Source: Eledone cirrhosa
Lineage: Eukaryota
Assembly (NCBI GenBank): GCA_964016885.1
Contig: OZ024742.1
Location: 81,158,001 to 81,222,000 of the forward strand
Length of the DNA: 64,000 nt
Reading direction: 5' to 3'
Of the stretch, positions 28,501 to 40,648 are shown piece by piece. The position numbers and the translations under genes are program-made. The notes below the pieces were generated by a model. The model worked only from the letters and a program-made list of their open reading frames with translations. It searched no databases and was not told the origin of the DNA. How positions within the stretch are numbered: position 1 is the first letter of the stretch; each line of letters starts with the position of its first letter.

Positions 28501-29482
28501 TATACTTGCACTTCATCTAAATTGTAGGAAAACAGCTACCGATTTAGAGCATCAATTTAATTTGACAAATAAATACAACTTTCCTTATTTGAACAGTGAT
28601 AGTTCTGCATAACTAATACTAGTGTTATCGGCATCCACCCACCTCCGTTAAACAAATCGAATACCTGACACATCTAAAATATAGAAATCCACAATAATAA
28701 TCCCTGGTGGATATATCAATAGAAATATAAAATATATAATCTAAATCGCTTATTGACTCAAACTTGATATGCTAAATAAATATTATTTAACTCATTCGAT
28801 TGATAAATAAAGAGAAGAAAAGCAAGAATATCTTTCAAACACCAAGTTTTTAATATACTGAAATTTTAATATCAAAATTTAATGTCATCTCATTTTACGC
28901 GTTAATTGCATGAAATGATACATTTGTGCTGATTCATTTGAATAATGTACATATTTGACTGTATTTAGGCAAATAAACATGGAAACACATTTCAAAACCG
29001 CTTGAGCGAAAATTAACGCACATATTTAAAGACAGAATATGAACAAAATTTGAATGTGAAATCTTAAACAACTACAAGCAGATTAAGAATAGATTAACGA
29101 AATAAACATTTCAGTAACCATCAAGGACAAGCATGTTTAATGACAAACTCTGTAAGAAGTGTTGTTAAATATCTGCTCAAGCAGACCAGCCCGTATATAG
29201 CCTGTAGCATTTACATAACGTATATTCAGTAAGACTGAATATCACTCAACATATATATATATAACACTATGATATACTTCGTCTAATTAGCATAGAACTT
29301 AATACACATTTATTTTGTTATATCAGTACACATTCATTTTGTTTAGTATACATATTCATGGATGTCATTCCGACACTAATAGGGGCCTTAAAATAATAGC
29401 AAAACAATGTAAATATTGCAGTTTCATATATCACATATCATACCTTATTGTTTTATAAAATGGACGGACGTATAGTATAATA

Positions 29483-30615
29483 TATATATATCAATTTCAA
29501 CAATGTCAGTATTTCGTGTGTCATAATTCTCGATTATCATTGGTTCATAGGTTTCAAACGATTCCGGCTACCTCAACGACACCAAACTTAAGTTAATATG
29601 CACAATGGTAATGAGGGAGTGAGAGGGGAGAGTAAGAAACAGAGAGACAGAGTGTACGCTGTAATTATTACCATGTGTGCGTGTAAATTATGTACGTGCG
29701 CGTATGTTTATGTGTGTGTGCATACGTGCAGCGTACCACAAAGTAAAAACTATCAACATGTGTGAGTGTGTGCGTGTGTGTAAGTGCACGGGTGCGTGTG
29801 TAAGTGTGCGTGCGTGTGGACGGTTCCATGCATGTATGTGTGTGTACGTGGGGCGTTCCACAATAGCCACGCAGTTTATCTATCTGTGTGCATGTCTGTC
29901 AGTCTAACATACACAGAGTTGTGAAGGGAGTAAATAGGGAGCTTTTTTTACATTGACGGATATCTTTTATATTTATTTTTGTGTCATTTTTTGACAATTG
30001 CTCGAAATGAATACAGATAATAAAAGCAATTCGACTTTATCAAACAGTGAACTACAGCGGCGACGGCGTGCAGCCAGGAATGAAGAATAACGGGCCGAAC
30101 AGCGCCATCAGAACGCCGAACTTCAGAGGGACAGACGTGATGCCATGCATGAAGATGAGCTGGCTGAACAACGTCAATGAAACACTGGAGCCAAGCAGCG
30201 ACAGCGTGCTGCGATGGTTGAAGACGAACTGGCTGAGCATCATCTTTTATATTAATTATCTATATCTATATCTACATATAATATAAAAGATTGGAACTTC
30301 CATCATCTTTTGAGAAATGTGGAACAACCACGTCTATGCAATGATACACATTTTACAGTCAGGCAGAAGATGAACCATCTCCTAGAAATCACTATTCTAG
30401 GAGGGAGCACCTAGAATTGTTCATATACTATGCACAAACGGTTCAACGAAGAATCTGGTATATCTGGAAGATTTTCTTTAGTGTTTTCTGTATCACACAG
30501 ACACCACGGACTCACATCATACTGTAACCAGACAAACATCAATACAGTCATTTTCTCTTTTACCTGTCTTCTCTTATCATCTGTTTACCCGGGCGAAGCT
30601 GGGTACGTCAGCTAG
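29483..30615 (+). mobile_element. Internally deleted non-autonomous copy of the downstream Helitron
   Basis: 5' part homologous to 30616-31323 and 3' part to 36376-36752; ends tacccgggcgaagctgggta-cgtcagCTAG. Confidence 0.92.
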
Positions 30616-31129
30616 TCTATATATTAATTTGAACAACGTCAGTATTCCGTGTGTTATAATTCTCGATTATCATTGGTTCATAGGTTTCAAACGAATCCGC
30701 CCACATCTACGACGCCAAACTCAAATTAATATGTATAATGCCAATGAGGAAGTGAGAGGGCAGAGTGTGCACGCTGTGTTCAATAACTATTAACATGTGT
30801 GCGTGTGAATGTACGTGCGCGTATGTTTATGTGTGTGTGCGTGGGTTCAGCTTTCCACAGTAAAAACTATCAACATGTGTGAGTGTGTGCGTGTGTACGG
30901 TTGCGTGCGTGTGTGTGTGTCCATGCATGTACGTGTGTGGCGTTCCACAATCGCCACGCAGTTTATCTGTCGGTGTGCCTGTCTAACATACACAGAGTTG
31001 TAAAGGGAGTAAATAGTGACATTTTTTTACATTGAGAGACATCTTTTATATTTATTATTGTGTCATTTTTTGACAATTGCTCGAAATGAATACTCATAAT
31101 AAAAGCAATTCGACTTTATCAAACAGTGA

Positions 31130-31425
31130 ACCACAGCGGCGAGGGCGTGCAGCCAGAAATGAAGAAAAACGTGCCGAACAGCGCCATCGGAACACCGAAC
31201 TTCAGAGGCGAAGACATGCCGCCATGAATGAAGAGGGGCTGGCTGAACAACGCCAAGGAAACACTGGAGCCAAGCAGCCACGGCGTGCTGCGATGGTTGA
31301 AGACGAACTGGCTGAGCATCATCAGCAGATGGCCAGAATTCAGCAGCAATGGCGTGCTGCGATGGATGAAGAGCAGCTGGCTGAACAGCGGCAGCGTAAT
31401 ACAGAAGTTCAGAGAATGTGTCGCC
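31130..31425 (+). repeat. ~66-bp coding repeats (RRAAMxEEELAEQRQRNTE-like) in the RepHel N-terminus
   Basis: Visible in ORF 31077..31607. Confidence 0.75.
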
Positions 31426-34400
31426 AAAGGCTCCTCATTCCAGTAAAGAGGCCAGAAGGTGAACGAATGATATTAAAAATGGATCATGGCAACCGTGTCA
31501 TTTTCGGATGTTTGGTCGGGCAGAGTATCCACATTATGGAACATTGCTTTGGCGGCACAAAAAGACGTGGACCACAATGTGCTGTCATAAGGGAGCAGTT
31601 CAACTAGAACACTTGCGAATGCCGGATGATGAGGGTTCACCGGAGTTTAAAATACTAAGTATGTGGGGTTATCCAGGAGACCGAGGTAGATTACTGCGCA
31701 AATATTCGCGGCAAATTAACAATTCATTAGCTTTAGCATCGCAGAGAGTTAGTGAGATGTTTCAGAGTGGAGCATAGCAGCCGAATGTAGTCGTTCAAGG
31801 CCGTTTGTATCATTGTATCGGTAATTTAGAAGTTAACCCAGGAGAGAGGCCTCGATTCGCTCAAATTTACGTTAACGGTCCAGGTTATAGTGAATCGGAG
31901 GAGGATATAAGGTTCGGTTGGATGAAGTTGCCCGGAAATATAACTGAACTTGAACGGCAAAGGTTAAGTGATTTGATCCGTGATTTGCAATCATGGCTTA
32001 GACAGTGTAATCCTTACGTTATGGATTTCATGTTGGTGGCTGAACTGCAGAATGTTCAGCAACAAACATTGGTGATTAAGGCTGACGCAGTGCCAAGGAA
32101 TCAACACAACGGCGATATAATGCCCCTGAAGGATTTCGTGAAGTTGCTGTGTTGATGGACGATAAGCCTGGATCGAGAGATATCGTCCTCAATCGCAGAT
32201 ATGGTCTCAAGAGAATTAATGGGTCAAATAGGCCATACGATCCATTGTATTATGTTCTTATATTCCCAAAAGATGAAAATGGATGAAACATGTCTGTTCA
32301 TTTAGATGATCATGAGAACAGCATCAATGGGAGGTGGCAATAGACACAATAATTCGATTCGCGACTTTTACGCGGTCCATTTGAACGAGAGGAATCAAAA
32401 GAGAAATGCACATATTCAAGCCAGCAGATTGTTCCAGGAATACTGTTGTATGGCATTCGCAAAGATCGCAAATCAAAGGCTAAATTATATAGCTACACAT
32501 GAGATGAATTGTATAATAGTATACTGGATGCAATAACAGCCGATGATGCCAATTACAAGCAAATTAGTCGACGCATCATTTTGCCATCGTCGTTCATCGG
32601 CGGCCCGAGATAAATGAACATTCGCTATCAGGATGCAATGGCTATTGTCAGAAAGTTTGGAAAGCCAGATTTGTTTATAACGGTTACATGCAATCCTGAA
32701 TGGACTGATATTAAGGATGCACTTTTGCCAGGACAACAGCCGAAAGACCGTCCTGATATTGTGGCAAGAGTATTCAAAGAATATCTGAAAACCAAAATGG
32801 ATGATGTGGAAAAGGAGGGAATCTTTGGAGGTATAGTTGCTTTTACATACGTAATTGAATTCCCAAAAAGAGGATTGCCACATGCACATTTGCTGATCAT
32901 TTTACATAGAGATTGCAAATTGAGATGTGCTGAGGATGTTGAGAGCATTGTATGTGCCGAACTACCGGAGAATGAGGCACTACGCAACTTGGTGTCAAAG
33001 TCAATGGTGCACAACCAATGCGGAGTGGCAAATCGGAAAGCGCCTTGCATGAAAAATGTCCACTGCAGTAAGCAATTTCCGAAATCTTTTGTCACAAACA
33101 CATCCTGGAACGATGGGGATGCTCATACAGGAGACGGTCGCCTGCAGATGGCGGTTTGGTCGAAAATGTAATCGGTCGACAGGTTACAAATCAATGGGTT
33201 GTGCCATACAATCCATATTTGATTATGAAATATCGTTGTCATATTAATGTGGAAATTTGTAGCTCAGAGAAAGCTTGCAAATATCTATTCAAATATGTTC
33301 ACAAAGGTCATGATCGGGCAATGATCAATGTCAGGAATGAGGAAGCAAACCAAGGAGATGAAGTTTGCAGGTTCCAGGTTGTTCGCTCGATTGGATCTAG
33401 CAAAGCTTGCTGGAGATTGTTCGATTTTGATCTCAATGAACGCAAACCCAGCGTTCAGAAACCGACGGTTCACTTAGAGAATAGGCAAATGCTCTGTTTT
33501 CAGGTCACTAGAAGAGGTGTCGAAATAATTGCTAACGCACCACCTCCTCAGGCGGAATTGATTGAGTGATTCAAGCATAATAGGGAACATGCTTTGTACC
33601 CGGATCAGAGGCAACTCTACTGAGATTTCCCTTCGCATTGTACGTGGGATAAGAAGGGAAAGCAATTATAATGATAAAAAACAAAAGTTGAGATTCATGA
33701 CTATTGGACGGGTTTGTAATGTCAATCCAGCATCTGGTGATGTGTTTTCTCTCCGAATTCTGTTGCATAATGATTTTTCGAGAGGTAAACAGAGCTTCGC
33801 TGATTTGAAAACAATCAATGGCGTGGAATATGAAACATAGCAGGCTGTGTGTCAGCATCTGGGACTCCTTCAGGATGACGCTGAATGGAATAACGCCATG
33901 GAAGCTGCAGGACCAACACAGATGCCAGCTCAAATAAGGTAGTTGTTTGTCACGATTCTAGGATTCTGCAATCCTGCCGATCCAAGAGAGTTATTTGAAC
34001 GCCATTGTTGAATTATGGCTGATGAATTTAGGCATCATCTTCAGGTCGATGATGAAAATGTGATGAAAGCTATTGTTTTGCTCAATATTGAGCAACTGCT
34101 TGAAGTTCATTTAAAATGTTTAACAGATTTCAATTTGCCAATTCCTGATGAAGAAATGCGGCAACGTGTCTTAGCATTGAACATCAGATTGCAGCTTAGA
34201 CGGTTGCCATTCGATCGGAGGGAACTATTCAAGTTTGATCCACTGGAACAGCAACGTATTGTGGATGAACGTATGCCAATGTTGACCCAATCTCAGAATG
34301 AATTGGTCGATGGCGTTCTCCACTCGATTTCCACTAATGAGCAACTTTGTGCTTTCATAGATGCTCCAGGAGGCACCTGAAATCATTCTGTTTCAACACT

Positions 34401-35678
34401 ATGTTATCGACAGTCAGAGATCAGAGGAAGATTGCTCTCCCTGTGGCCACCAGTGGGTTCGCTGCCACTTTGCTGAGTGGTGAAAGGACCTTCCACTCAT
34501 GCTTCCAGGTTCCATTGGCACCGGATGACTGGAGTGCCTGTAACATTACAGGATAAAATGAACTCGCGGGCCTTATACGCAATCTGTCTCTGATTATTTG
34601 GGACGAGGCACTAATGGCACACAGATATTTGCTGGAGGCATTGGACAATACTTTGAGAGATATCTGCGGTAGTGACCTGCCATTCGGTGGTAAGACTATC
34701 GTTCCTGGTGGAGATTTCAGACAGGTGCTACCAATTGTTAGGAATGCTCAAAGAGCGCAAATTGTCGATGTATGTTTGAAAAAGTCCCCGTTGTGGCACC
34801 ATTTCAGAGTTTTGCCATTAAACGATAATATGCGACTTCGTATGTTCGGGCAAAACGAAGAGGCTGAGACATACGGCCGATGGTTGATGAAGTTGGGAAA
34901 CGATGAATTGGCACACGTTGGTGATAATCAGACTGTAAGAATCCCAGACCATTTGGTCATGCCACTGGACCGCCAAGCATTAATTGACTGGGTGTTCCCT
35001 AATTGGAATGCTTTTTGGCAGAATATCGCCTGGATATCGGAACGCGTTATTCTAACTCATACGAATGCAACGGTCCATGAAATAAATTCAAAAGTAGCCG
35101 GAATGTTTCCTGGAGAGGAATGGTTGACCGTCAATGCGGATTCAATGGAGCCTAATCAGCAGAATAATATGGATATTCCGACTGAGTATCTGAATTCATT
35201 TCAAATACCCGGTTTCCCCCCACATATTTTGAGGTTGAAAAAGAGTATGCTGATTATATTGCTTAGAAATGTGTCTTTGCAGTGGTACCAGATTGATTGT
35301 TGAGAGATTGATTAACGGAAGAGTTTTAGAAGCTAAACTCCCAGGGAGAGAGGACTTGGTTCTCATTCCGAGGATCATGCTGAGACCAAGTGAAGATCTG
35401 CTGCCATTTATTTGGCAAAGGAGACAGTTTCCCGTCAATTTGCCCTTCTCCATGACTGTCAACAAGGCACAGGGACAGACTTTCAAGCGAGTCGGTGTCT
35501 ACTTGAATGATCCAGCATTCGGCCATGGGCAACTGTATGTTGCTGCATCTCGAGTGTGCGCTCCTGATGGTGTAACATTTGCAATTAATACTACTAACAG
35601 AGGAACAACCCTGAATATTGACTATAATGAAGCTTTGAGCTCATGTATGCATATCTGTAATGCTATCAATAAGCGACA

Positions 35679-36002
35679 TAAATGATTCGGACATTGGTAT
35701 CCTTTGATCAGTATTGTGAGCTTTGACAGAGTTATCATTTATGTTCAATATCATTTAATGTCGTTATGAGCAATACGAACAAACAAGTATTGGTAAATAT
35801 TGCTTTCACTGCTTTGTTGCGCAATAAATACCAACAAGTATTGGTAGAAATTGCCTTCACTACTATGAATATTCGACGTAAATGATTCAGACATTGGTGT
35901 CCTTTGATCAGTATTGTGAGCTTTGACAGAGTTATCATTTCTGTTCAATGTCATTTATTGTCGATAATGAGCAATAAAACCAACAAGTATTGGTAGAAAT
36001 TG
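35679..36002 (+). repeat. ~200-bp-period direct repeat in the Helitron 3' region
   Basis: taaatgattc.gacattggt.tcctttgatcagtattgtgagctttgacagag at 35679 and 35879; caacaagtattggta-like motif three times. Confidence 0.85.
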
Positions 36003-36796
36003 TCTTCAAATTTATAGCTTCTGATAGCGGTGGTAATAAAACCTCATCATATGCTGAGTCTTGCAAAACGTGTGGTGCCTATGGTCGGTCAGGACGAGAG
36101 TGATATTGAAAAACGATTCTATTTTCGAAGTAGAAGGATCCGCCATTTGGAGTTTAAACCAGGCCACCTCCCGAGTTGAACTCTGGGCAATATTGACTGT
36201 CTATTACTCAGTGGCTAAGAGGCGGAAATTACTGAATAGATTTGTGTGTCATATAATTTGTCGTTTTATTATTTTAGCTGACCACTTATAGATAAGCATG
36301 TAATCCATATCCATATTAATTTGGCATTTGTATAAACCATTTCAAGTAAATAGGGACCATTTTTACATTGACAGACATCTTTTATATTAATTATCTATAT
36401 CTATATCTACATATAATATAAAATATTGGAACTTCCATCATCCTTTCGTTAAACGTGGAACAACCACGTCTATGCAATGATACACGTTTTACAGTCAAGC
36501 AGATGTTGAACCATCTCCCAGAGGTCACTATCCTAGGTGGGAGTACCTAGAATTATTGATATACTATGCACAAACGGTACAACGAAGAATCTGGTATATC
36601 TGGAAGATTTGTTTTACTGTTTTTCGTATCACACAGACACCACGGACTCACCACTTACTGTAACCAGACAAACATCCAATACTGTAATTTTCTCTTTTAT
36701 ATATCTTCTCTTATCATCTGTTTACCCGGGCGATGCTGGGTACGTCAGCTAGTATTGTTCTAAAAAGAAATTTGTCAGAAAGAACGCTAATTAATG

Positions 36797-36968
36797 CCGG
36801 GCTGTGTGTTGGAGTTGCTACATAGAGTGTGAGTTAATAATAAATTTCTGTTTCATTTCCAGCGTTATATGTTCTGTTTCAAATCCGGATGAAGTGAACA
36901 TTGCATGTTATTTCTCTGAGGTTGAAAAATATAGTGTCAGCCGAGTATTGGCCTGGATGTAATCGATG
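36797..36968 (+). mobile_element. Degenerate tRNA-derived SINE (octopus-type)
   Basis: B-box-like gtttcaaatcc and body similar to the reverse complement of 37003-37201 and to 46410-46590. Confidence 0.55.
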
Positions 36969-37002
36969 TTTATCGTTAAAATATTACTGACTTTGCCTGT
37001 AC

Positions 37003-37201
37003 AAGGCCAGTAATTAGGGGGGAGGGAAAGTCGATTAAATCTAACCCAGTACGTTACTGGTGCTTTATTTTTTCTACCCCGTAAGGATGAAACGCAAATT
37101 TAACCTGGGAGGGATTTGAACTCAGCCCGTAAGGGACCGTAACTCTATGCTGCAAATCATGGTGCCCGATTCTCTACGGATAGTGCCGATCCACCGCCCT
37201 T
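37003..37201 (-). mobile_element. tRNA-derived SINE (octopus-type)
   Basis: gtcgattaaatctaacccagtac...aaggatgaaacgcaaa...gggatttgaactcag (B box on the minus strand); resembles an abundant octopus SINE from memory. Confidence 0.7.
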
Positions 37202-37245
37202 CATTATAACATAAATGATGAAAACATTTCCCTCTAATACTCTTT

Positions 37246-37410
37246 GGCGCTTGGATGACAGTGCAGTTACGTAGTTCACTTTGCACAAACAAGGTGTGAG
37301 GCTCCGTCTTTTCACCTTATAACACTTTGGGTGAAAATGTCTGTTAATATTGAATCAGAATTACCGAATTTTGCGAGGGAAATTTTGTAGTCGAAAACTC
37401 ATAGAAGGTT
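37246..37410 (+). mobile_element. Highly degenerate second SINE family
   Basis: cactttgggtgaaaatgtc...gtagtcgaaaactcatagaagg resembles a recalled octopus SINE body. Confidence 0.35.
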
Positions 37411-37420
37411 GTCATAAAAA

Positions 37421-37514
<94 letters not shown>

Positions 37515-37775
37515 CATATATATATAATATATATATATATAATATATATATATAATATATATATATAATATATATATGTATATAATATATATATATGTAT
37601 ATAATATATATATATGTATAGAATATATAAGTTATTCCGGGTTGAATCGTAGGTAACCAGAGTAAGAAAGGTACTCAATACATAGCAGAGTATAAATGTT
37701 TTAAATCATCAGGCGCTTCCAGATGAGTTCTCACGAATGAAACAGTTCTAGCCATGTATAATATCTTCTATATTA

Positions 37776-37809
<34 letters not shown>

Positions 37810-37945
37810 AAGTAGGATTTCGCTTCAAGCCTAGCTTCATACAATATATATAAATATTTTGTATCTCCAAAGAAATACAGTTTTAGAAAGCCGTAGTTAT
37901 GCAAACACCGCTCTCTGGTGAAGTGCAGCAGAAGCAAGGAGGACA

Positions 37946-37989
37946 ACCGTCTATGCTTTTCAGGCTTAACTGGCCTTCGTCAGGATGGT
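37946..37989 (-). ncRNA. Minimal type-I hammerhead motif (family C)
   Basis: accatc CTGACGA aggcc agtta agcct GAAA agca TA gacggt. Confidence 0.78.
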
Positions 37990-38237
37990 CCCTCCCACCG
38001 CGTGCGACTGCTGGACTAGAAGACAGCTGAGAATATATACTCTTCTCTTCTGTATAAATGAGGAGATTAATCTCATTTGCATATGCTTTAAGCGAAATCA
38101 TATTTCTTTTTTATTATAAGTTGAGCCAACTTATGCAGCTTCATATTCAAATGAGATTAATCACCCCATTTACACAGAGGAGTAAAGTATATATTCTCAG
38201 CTGTCTTTTAGTCCAGCAGTCGCAAGCGGTGAGAGGG

Positions 38238-38281
38238 ACCGCTCTGACGAAGGCTAGTTAAGCCTGAAATGCATAGAGTGT
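38238..38281 (+). ncRNA. Minimal type-I hammerhead motif (family C)
   Basis: accgct CTGACGA aggct agtta agcct GAAA tgca TA gagtg; palindromic ATGCAT stem III. Confidence 0.8.
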
Positions 38282-38315
38282 TGTCCTCCCTGCTTCTGCT
38301 GGACATAAACAGATA

Positions 38316-38550
38316 TGCAGAAGTTATATTTAATTTGTTTGGATTCCAACAAGCTTTAATGTTTATAAATGGTATCAAGCACTCAACAGTTACTGGAGTA
38401 AATATTCAATATATTAATAAATGGAAACTATATTTATAAAACCATAATTATTTTATTATATATATTTCAAGGGCAAGCTTGGCTGCCCTTGAAATATATA
38501 TAATAGAATAATTATGGTTTTATAAATATAGTTTCCATTTAGTAATATAT

Positions 38551-38614
<64 letters not shown>

Positions 38615-38775
38615 ATATATATATATATACACATAATATATATACAATGATATTAAATAAATGGAAACTATATTTATAAAACCATATTTATTCTATTATA
38701 TATATTTCAAGGGTACCATCACTTTGGTATGCTTTCATCACATAAAACACAAAATTTGTTTTATAAATGTTGACT
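38316..38775. repeat. Cluster of diverged family-A units: TIR + linker, hairpin 38407-38552, minus-strand unit 38648-38775 with HHR 38691-38747
   Basis: Homologous to 15945-16170; HHR reads GTGATGA aagcatacca aagtga tggtaccctt GAAA tatata TA. Confidence 0.82.
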
Positions 38776-38975
38776 TAACGGTTCAAGTTTTCCTTGGATA
38801 CTGAAGGGATGAAAAGTCAGATATTTCAAATTATTAAGATGAGTATGCAAATGAGGTTGAGGTATAGGGCTGTAAAAACGTTATTTTAGGCGCTATGCAT
38901 AGCGTCTAAAGTTTTGCACACATATATACATATACATATATATATATATTTTTTTTTTCTTTTATATTATTTTCT

Positions 38976-39620
38976 TTATTTGTTTAGTTGTCTGTACTTG
39001 AATGTCTTTCTAATTCTATGTTTGCATGCGATAAATACTTCCTGTCCTCTATTTAATAGAGTGTCTTTCGATTTAGTAATTTCAAAAATTTCTTGGGAAC
39101 ATAATCCGCACTCCTTATTGCCCTGATAAGAAATGGCTCTTTTGAGAATCTTCCAAGTTAGGTTATAATTAATTTTCTTCTTTTTACAATTACTAACTGC
39201 TTCCGCTGAAGATGTGGTATTAGCTAATGTTGTGTTTCGAAAACTGAGGATGTGTGCATAAAATTTCGATTTAAAGTGATTAGATGGGGATCCAATATAG
39301 GATTGATTAGAGTGGTAATTATACATTTATACACTATATTATTAATTAAACAATTTCCATTTTTTTGAGGGGCAATTACTTTTTACTCTACAATTACAAC
39401 CGTTTGTACATAGGGTGTGAGATGTGCTTATTCCCAATAATAGCGCTAGTATTTGTATTTATATTTTTATATGAGAGAGAAGGGTTTGCGGTTGGGTGGT
39501 CATTGCTCGAAGGGTTGTTAGTTGGTGATATTATACGGGATATAGTGTTTATAGAATCATGGCCCATATTTTGCAAATTAAATGGAACATTATACCATGT
39601 TACGTTTCTTTTATGGTTTC
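38976..39620 (-). mobile_element. Penelope-like GIY-YIG 3' fragment of the same type as 7826-9414
   Basis: CNCKSKSNCP, NNIVYKC, SYIGSPSNHFKSKFYAH, WKILKRA, CGLCSQE, LLNRGQE..CKH. Confidence 0.88.
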
Positions 39621-40585
39621 TAATTGGTTTCCGATTGTTATATTGGGTATGTGTAGAAGTTTGAGGGTAGATTTTGTTATCAGATGATACTATAATATTG
39701 TGATTGTTATTAGGGGTGTGAAAAAATTGTTTAGTAGATTTTGAAATTGTATTAGTTTTTTATTTATTGTTTTTTGTTTGATTTATAGATTATATTGGGA
39801 GTTTTATTAATGGAGCGTTATTGGACCCACTATTTTGGTATTAGTCTTTATAGTAGTTCGGATATCTTTCTCTGGTTTATTTGATTTTAAAGATGTGGTT
39901 TGGTTAGGTTGAAGTTTCAATGAAATAAGTAATATATCATTAGGTTTATTGTCAGAATTAAGATATAATATGTTATTATTAACTGCTTTTTTAAGATTAG
40001 TGTAGTTAGGTGTTTTCGTATGGTTTGTAGAAATATTATTAGGTAGGTTATAGAAATAGGATATACAGTCTGTCTAAATTCCTTTACACTCGCAACTTTC
40101 TTTTCTTTTCTTTTCTTAATGGTCAATCGATACCTCATCCCTTGACTACTAATTTTATTCATCTACTACTACCAGCTTAATGATCTATATTGCCCCTTCC
40201 TATGTTTACTATTGTTCAATCTCAACCTTGTTCTTAAAATGTTATTTATTCATAAATGTTTTATATTCTTCAATAAACAAAACTCATTATTTCTAAAGAA
40301 ATAGGGAAGACGTATATATATTTTCTTACTTTGATAATTTGTAATATATTTTACATATATCACTAATAGAATGTACATACGGAGAACTACCCCCCCCCCC
40401 CCCAGAAACGATCGTAAAATTTAAGTTTTACTATGAATTACCCATATTTTGTTTAATTTCATTGTTTTCACTATTTGTATTATTTGACTCTGCTTCCAAT
40501 GAATTATATCGTTGAAATTGTGTATTTTAAACTTTGCTTCACGACATATTCCACATATGGATTACATTGAGTTCTTCATACGGCT

Positions 40586-40648
<63 letters not shown>

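Larger units (their letters stand above)
30616..36752 (+). mobile_element. Full-length degenerate Helitron (RepHel pseudogene ~31086-35640)
   Basis: TC start and hairpin + CTAG end; PDLFITVTCNP, YVIEFPKRGLPHAH, KYLFKYVHKG, FIDAPGGT, IIWDEA, GGDFRQVLP, FSMTVNKAQGQT, HGQLYVAASRV. Confidence 0.95.
37926..38301. repeat. Fold-back element with ~160-bp arms (37926-38085 / 38142-38301), HHR family C
   Basis: Arms are diverged reverse complements. Confidence 0.9.

Noticed and set aside
25600-29450. Host exons in long AT-rich stretches (also 40600-52000)
   Set aside because: No recognisable protein similarity or consistent splice structure by eye; small exons cannot be excluded.
36797-37201. Inverted SINE pair as a member of the HHR fold-back class
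   Set aside because: Tail-to-tail tRNA-SINE copies, strongly diverged, with no ribozyme motif and no TA flanks.
37706-37752. cagatga-gttc-tcac-gaat-gaaacag HHR-like string
   Set aside because: The core has U4 to A and stem I does not pair; single copy, at best a decayed remnant.
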